Of a DNA stretch of 64,000 bases, positions 59,134 to 64,000 are shown piece by piece. The DNA lies in the NCBI GenBank assembly GCA_963728565.1, contig CAVSLC010000013.1, positions 64,001 through 128,000 of the forward strand, in the 5' to 3' direction. The translations under genes and the position numbers were made by a program. The notes under the pieces are model-generated. The model saw only the letters and a list, made by a program, of their open reading frames with translations, searched no databases and had not been told where the DNA came from. Position 1 is the first letter of the stretch. Every line of letters starts with the position of its first letter. The stretch is from an uncultured delta proteobacterium (GTDB lineage Bacteria; Desulfobacterota; Binatia; UBA9968).

Positions 59134-60747
59134 CTACTGGGCTTGATCGATAACGATGTCAATGTTCTTGGCGCCGACGTCGATCGGCGCCTGATAACTT
59201 CCCATCAAATCTCCTGGTGTCCGCGTTGTTGGATTGCCATCCTGGTCTAAGCGGACGCTTAAATTGATTTTGCCGGTGAACGGGGTTCCCTGCATCATGA
59301 CGTTGTCGGCGCCAATGACATACGACAATGGAAAAACCGGCCGATCGATTTTCTTGACCGCGAGCGGCGGTCCTCCTCCGGAACCGGCGGGTCTTGCGAT
59401 GATGAACAACGTCGCATTGTTGTTCATGCCTTTGAACTTCGAGCCGAGAGTGATTTTACCGCTGACGGTTTGCTTCGAAGCCGGCGAAGGCGAAGCGGGG
59501 ACTTGCCCGGCATCGCTACCCGGCGGGGGAAAGGATGCGACGATTTTTTCTATCTCGGCTCTATCCTCGCCCGGCGGAATGAGCTGCAATAACTGTTGTA
59601 ACACTACGCGTGCCGCGGCGTAATCCTTCTTCTCGCGATACAGGATCATTCCTTTGCCCCAGAGCGCCATAGGATAATTGGGCGCTTGCGCCAGAGCTCG
59701 ATCGAAAGCCATCATCGCGCCATCGGCATGACCCGCCTGAATGAGTATCATGCCCATGTAGCTGTGCGCCTCAGGCTGGTTAGGATCGGTCTCCAAAACT
59801 TTCTTGAAGGATTCGATAGCTTTGGGAAAATCCTGTTTGGCAAATGCTCTCTTACCCTCTTCTAAAGCGGCACGCGTTGCGCCATCGCCAGGTATTGTGC
59901 CGGTGAGAAAGTCTCCGGTCATCGAGTCCTGTTCAGAGCTCCGTGGACGTAGCGACTGAGTCAGCAATATCCCGAGAGCCAGGCCGAAGAGAACGAGGAA
60001 CGCTCCACCTGCAGCCAATTGCCAGCGTCGAAATCGACCACGACTTGGGCTCTCTGGCCGCCGGGCTGGCTTCTCTTTTACTGGTGCTTTGACCACCGGC
60101 TCCGGTGGCACTGCGCGTAGCTGCTGTAGAACCAGCGATTGCTTGCCTTCCACCTCCCTTCTTAAAGCGCTGTAATCGGCTTGTGAAAGTTTGCCGGATT
60201 CAAAATCGAATTCCAGTTCCGTTAACTCGTCGGCGAGCCGGACGTTTTCACGCGCCAACTGCGCCCTTGCAGTAGGATCGTCGACATCGGGCACTTCAAC
60301 ATTGTTCACCTTTATTTCTTTGCCCAACCTGGTGGCAAACCCAGGATCCATCTCAGAAGCAACGCGCTTCGCCTTTCTTGCCGACCAGCGGCGCGCAAGC
60401 AAGAGAGCGGTGATCACTCCGATGATCAGGACAGTCAGCGGTAGCCACCATAGAAGTCGATTGAAACCGGTGTCAGTCGGCTTCAGCAGCACCCACTCGC
60501 CGTATTTCGACACAAAGAAATCCTTGACCTCCTGTGGAGACTTGCCGGCTTGCAGCTGCTCGCGAACACTGGCGCGCATCTGCTGCGCCATCTCCGAGGG
60601 CGAGTCAGCCACCGAGAGATTCTGGCAAACCACACAGCGCAGTTCCGCAGAAACCGCCCGAGTCTGTTCCTCGATGTCCGGTGCCGGCTCGGCTTGGAGC
60701 CGGTCATCAAAAAAACTCAGTAAAATGACAATAATGAGAACAGCCAT
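59134..60747 (-). CDS. ccmH: Cytochrome c biogenesis CcmH-CcmI fusion (LRCxxC + TPR + C-terminal domain)
   Basis: LRCVVCQNLSVADS, KYGEWVLLKP, ELEFDFESGKLS..DY, TPR repeats, PPLAVK..FPL. Confidence 0.85.
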   Translation of the reverse strand: MAVLIIVILLSFFDDRLQAEPAPDIEEQTRAVSAELRCVVCQNLSVADSPSEMAQQMRASVREQLQAGKSPQEVKDFFVSKYGEWVLLKPTDTGFNRLLWWLPLTVLIIGVITALLLARRWSARKAKRVASEMDPGFATRLGKEIKVNNVEVPDVDDPTARAQLARENVRLADELTELEFDFESGKLSQADYSALRREVEGKQSLVLQQLRAVPPEPVVKAPVKEKPARRPESPSRGRFRRWQLAAGGAFLVLFGLALGILLTQSLRPRSSEQDSMTGDFLTGTIPGDGATRAALEEGKRAFAKQDFPKAIESFKKVLETDPNQPEAHSYMGMILIQAGHADGAMMAFDRALAQAPNYPMALWGKGMILYREKKDYAAARVVLQQLLQLIPPGEDRAEIEKIVASFPPPGSDAGQVPASPSPASKQTVSGKITLGSKFKGMNNNATLFIIARPAGSGGGPPLAVKKIDRPVFPLSYVIGADNVMMQGTPFTGKINLSVRLDQDGNPTTRTPGDLMGSYQAPIDVGAKNIDIVIDQAQ

Positions 60748-60751
60748 TGTT

Positions 60752-61318
60752 CTAACGTACGGATTGAAACTCGCCTCTTCCTTCCTTAGCGCTGACCAGG
60801 CCCTGTTGCGCTTCGAGCAGCTTCTCAGTCACCATGACCGCGCGGATACCGCCGACGTGTTTGTAGGTGATCCGCCCTTGGGGATCGATAAAAAAACTTT
60901 CCGGAATTCCCCAGACACCGTAATCGATAGCGATCTTGCCGGATTCATCCTTGCCGTTGGGGTACGTCACCTCGAACTCCTTAAGAAATTCGAGCGATGC
61001 CTGATCGGTGTCCTGGAGCGCAACTCCGATAAAAATCACGTTCTTGTCCTTCAGCTTTTGCCAAGCTGCTTCGAGGTCTCGCGCTTCGGCGCGGCACGGC
61101 GGGCACCAGGAAGCCCAAAAATTAAGAAATATGGCTTTGCCACGTAGATCTTCTAGCCGAAGCTTGCCGCCATTGAAAAGCTCGATGGAAAACGGCGTCG
61201 CCGGTTTGGCCAGCAACGGCGAGGTAATGTAGCGCGCATCACGGCTGAATCCGAACGCCAGCAAGGCCAAAATTGGCGCAACGATCAATAAAGTAAGAGC
61301 GACTCGGCGCCAGCGCAT
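60752..61318 (-). CDS. ccmG: Thiol:disulfide interchange protein CcmG/TlpA
   Basis: NFWASWCPPC, YGVWGIPESFFID; located in the ccm cluster. Confidence 0.85.
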   Translation of the reverse strand: MRWRRVALTLLIVAPILALLAFGFSRDARYITSPLLAKPATPFSIELFNGGKLRLEDLRGKAIFLNFWASWCPPCRAEARDLEAAWQKLKDKNVIFIGVALQDTDQASLEFLKEFEVTYPNGKDESGKIAIDYGVWGIPESFFIDPQGRITYKHVGGIRAVMVTEKLLEAQQGLVSAKEGRGEFQSVR

Positions 61319-61522
61319 GCTAACCGACCTCGTTGCACGTGCAGGGGCAAAGCGTTTGCAAAAGTTTTCGTTCTTCGAAACTGCTCAGGCATTCGCTTCA
61401 TCCAGGCACCGTAAAATTCTCCAACCGGAGACAGCGACAAAAATCGAATGGCAATAACCGCGCTCCCGATGACTGCAGCACTAGCTTCCACAGTTAGGCA
61501 AACTTAAGAAGACGACCCCAGC

Positions 61523-63481
61523 TCATATCTCAGAAGCCGGTTTGCACATCGGCCAGATTGTAACCAGCGTCCCAAAAGCGATCACGAAACCGCCGATCCA
61601 CATCCACACGACCAACGGTCGCACCAATACTTTCAACGTCGCCTGGTTTTTATCGAGGTCGCTGAAACCGGATAAGATCAAATAAATATCCTCACTGGCG
61701 CTGCTGCGATGCACTGCCCGTCCGATGGGCGATTGCTGGCTCGGGAAAAACTTGAGAGCCGGGGCTAACAGTCCGATGTCGGAGCCTTGCTTCAGCACTC
61801 GAAAGGCACCTTCGACACGGTAGTGGGTCGGCTGTTGCGCGCCGCGCAGCCCCTCAAAACGAATCTGATAATTTCCGATCGAAAGACTTTCATTAAGCCC
61901 AAGCGTTGCTTCGCGTTCTCTGCTGTAGGTCATGGAACCGGCAATGCCCATGATGATTAACACCACACCCAAATGTACAACTAAGCCGCCATAGCGTCTT
62001 TGATTGCGCCGTGTGAGGGTAATCAGGCCGCGAATGATGCCTTCATTGGCAAGCCGGCGCCGCGCCCGTAGGGCAAGAGCAGTGTCATAAACAATCGTCA
62101 TGACAACGAAGGCGAGCAAGGTAAAGCCGAGCAGCGGAAGGAATTCTTTCACTTTCCAGACGAACAAAAATAAAGCGAAGATGAGCGAGCCGATTGCCGG
62201 CGCGAGAAAGTTGCGCTTTAGATTGTCCCAAGATGCCCGTCGCCAGGCGATGATCGGACCGACGCCCATGAGAAACACCATGAAGAGAAAAAGAGGGATC
62301 GTAACTGAATTGAAATAGGGCGCGCCGACGCTGACTTGCACCCCGGCAACCGCTTCGGATAACAGCGGAAAGATGGTGCCAAGAAAGATCGTAAAGAGAG
62401 CGGAAACCAGCACGATGTTGTTTAACAGGAACGCCGATTCCCGGCTGATCATCGAGTCCAGTTCAGGCTGCTCTTTCAACATATCAGAGCGGTAGGCGAG
62501 CAATCCGAACGAAGCTAATAAGACGAAGGCGAGAAAGCCCAGGAAAAAAATTCCAACCGGTCCGGAAGAGAACGCGTGGATCGATGAAAGAATTCCGGAG
62601 CGGGTGAGAAATGTTCCGAAGATTGTCAGGCTGAAGGCGATGATGATCAAGGAAAGATTCCACACTTTAAGCATCCGGCGCCGCTCCTGAACCTGAATCG
62701 AATGTAAGAATGCCGTGGCCGGCAACCAGGGCATGAACGCGGCATTCTCGACCGGGTCCCATGCCCAATAACCGCCCCAACCCAAGACATGGTAGGACCA
62801 CCACGCGCCAACCAGATTTCCGGCGGTCAGAAAGAACCACGCGATGATGGTCCAGCGTCGGGTTGTGGTGATCCATGCTTCGTCTAATTTACCGACGATC
62901 AGCGCCGCTATAGCAAAGGCGAAAGGCACCGTCAGGCCGACGAAGCCGGTGTAGAGCAGCGGCGGATGAGTCATCATGTTGGCGTCTTCCAGGAGCGGAT
63001 TTAAACCGCGGCCGTCGGCGGGCACTGGAGAGATGGTTTCGAACGGATTGGAAATAAAGGCGATGACCGCCAGAAAGAAGAAGGAAACAATTGAGAAGAC
63101 CATAAGCACCCATGGCAAGGTCTCCTTGTGGCGGCCGCGATAGATCCACGCAACCAGCCCGGAAAAGATTATTAGAATCCATTCCCAAAGCAGCAGAGAA
63201 CCTTCCAGGGCGCCCCATAATCCGGTTACGCGGTAATAAATCGGCGTCGCCCGAGTGGTGTTGAACGCAACATAGCGAATGGAGAAATCCGTCGAGACCA
63301 ATGCATAAATCAGTGCCGAGGCGGCGACTGTCACAAAAGCGAATTGCACCGAAATGGCGCGACCAATGACAGACGCATACCTTGCGTGACGGCCGCGTGA
63401 AGAAAGTATCGGCGCGACGATTCCGGCGGCGGCAGCTACCAGGGCGATCAGGACACTGATATAGCCGATGGTTGCGGTCAC
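61523..63481 (-). CDS. ccmF: Heme lyase CcmF
   Basis: WGALEGS, HPPLLY, WGGYWAWDPVEN, RSGILSSIHAF, VHLG. Confidence 0.95.
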   Translation of the reverse strand: MTATIGYISVLIALVAAAAGIVAPILSSRGRHARYASVIGRAISVQFAFVTVAASALIYALVSTDFSIRYVAFNTTRATPIYYRVTGLWGALEGSLLLWEWILIIFSGLVAWIYRGRHKETLPWVLMVFSIVSFFFLAVIAFISNPFETISPVPADGRGLNPLLEDANMMTHPPLLYTGFVGLTVPFAFAIAALIVGKLDEAWITTTRRWTIIAWFFLTAGNLVGAWWSYHVLGWGGYWAWDPVENAAFMPWLPATAFLHSIQVQERRRMLKVWNLSLIIIAFSLTIFGTFLTRSGILSSIHAFSSGPVGIFFLGFLAFVLLASFGLLAYRSDMLKEQPELDSMISRESAFLLNNIVLVSALFTIFLGTIFPLLSEAVAGVQVSVGAPYFNSVTIPLFLFMVFLMGVGPIIAWRRASWDNLKRNFLAPAIGSLIFALFLFVWKVKEFLPLLGFTLLAFVVMTIVYDTALALRARRRLANEGIIRGLITLTRRNQRRYGGLVVHLGVVLIIMGIAGSMTYSREREATLGLNESLSIGNYQIRFEGLRGAQQPTHYRVEGAFRVLKQGSDIGLLAPALKFFPSQQSPIGRAVHRSSASEDIYLILSGFSDLDKNQATLKVLVRPLVVWMWIGGFVIAFGTLVTIWPMCKPASEI

Positions 63482-63921
63482 TTCGCTGTGTATTCCTTAG
63501 CCGGGACGAAACTATTCGGCGTGCCTTGACCGCTCTCGTGCGGGCTGTACTCTTCGGCATGCTTGGCCATGATGGTTGACGCCTGAAACACTCCGTCCTT
63601 GCCAACGCGGCCTTCGACCACCGCGCCTGTTCCCTCTCTAAAGAGGTCCGGTGGCACTCCACGAAAAAAGACCGGGAACGTGCTGGTGCCATCTGTGAGT
63701 TCAAAATTGTAGGTGAGATTCTTTACGTCTTTCTGCAGTGATCCTTTAACGACCATGCCGCCCATCCGCAAAAACTTGTCCGCCGAGGATGTTTCCTTGG
63801 CCTTCAGTTCGGAGGGGGTGACGAAATAAACCAACGCCTGCTGCATGCCGCCGTAGATGACATAGGACAGCGTCGCAAGTATTATGATCGCGCCGATCAG
63901 AAAACGTCTATTTTTTGCCAT
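63478..63921 (-). CDS. ccmE: Heme chaperone CcmE
   Basis: YFVTPSE, RMGGMV, PDLFREG, AKHAEEY (HxxxY). Confidence 0.93.
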   Translation of the reverse strand: MAKNRRFLIGAIIILATLSYVIYGGMQQALVYFVTPSELKAKETSSADKFLRMGGMVVKGSLQKDVKNLTYNFELTDGTSTFPVFFRGVPPDLFREGTGAVVEGRVGKDGVFQASTIMAKHAEEYSPHESGQGTPNSFVPAKEYTAK

Positions 63922-64000
63922 AAGCAGAAGACTCCTCAGTTGCCCGCAGCTGCATCAGCTCCTCTTCGGCGCATCGATACCGGCGCTTCAGGGCAAATAG
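63908..64000 (-). CDS. C-terminus of an upstream ccm gene (CcmD- or CcmC-like), truncated by the window
   Basis: Open frame LFALKRRYRCAEEELMQLRATEESSAYGKK* overlapping the ccmE start. Confidence 0.5.
   Translation of the reverse strand, partial: LFALKRRYRCAEEELMQLRATEESSAYGKK

Noticed and set aside
61285-61491. 68-aa ORF between ccmF and ccmG
   Set aside because: No RBS or motif, overlaps the ccmG start out of frame; cannot be supported as a gene.
1-64000. CRISPR arrays, rRNA, transposases, prophage genes
   Set aside because: No regularly spaced repeats or matching protein motifs were seen.

Overview
A 64-kb, gene-dense core-chromosome segment from a deltaproteobacterium-like organism. The mix of LLM oxidoreductases, amidohydrolases, a Bug/TctC protein, a TPP enzyme pair and Ccm genes suggests Ca. 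Binatia, but this is inference. It carries housekeeping genes (rpoH, trmL, dtd, lgt, aroE, prkA-yhbH-spoVR, aceE-aceF-lpdA, thrB, csp, nuoB, menG, polyprenyl synthase, valS-nadC-birA-coaX, an EF-G paralog, ccmE/F/G/H-I), two tRNAs (Met-CAT, Leu-CAG) and small catabolic and redox modules. I saw no integrase, transposase, prophage or CRISPR array. About a dozen single-base frameshifts, several in essential genes, look like long-read consensus errors. The best leads are: (1) a stand-alone flap endonuclease with a C-terminal QLPLF beta-clamp-type motif; (2) a pseudo-receiver protein in the RomR/PopZ position upstream of valS; (3) an RfaH / PDZ-sensor kinase / diiron ferritin-like cluster converging on a BFD-like ferredoxin; (4) a Schlafen/AlbA_2 protein with a degenerate nuclease motif; (5) a PuuD-type membrane domain facing a separate lipoprotein cytochrome c; (6) an orphan nuoB between two cold-shock-fold genes; and (7) a textbook sigma54 promoter ahead of an unknown 73-aa protein.
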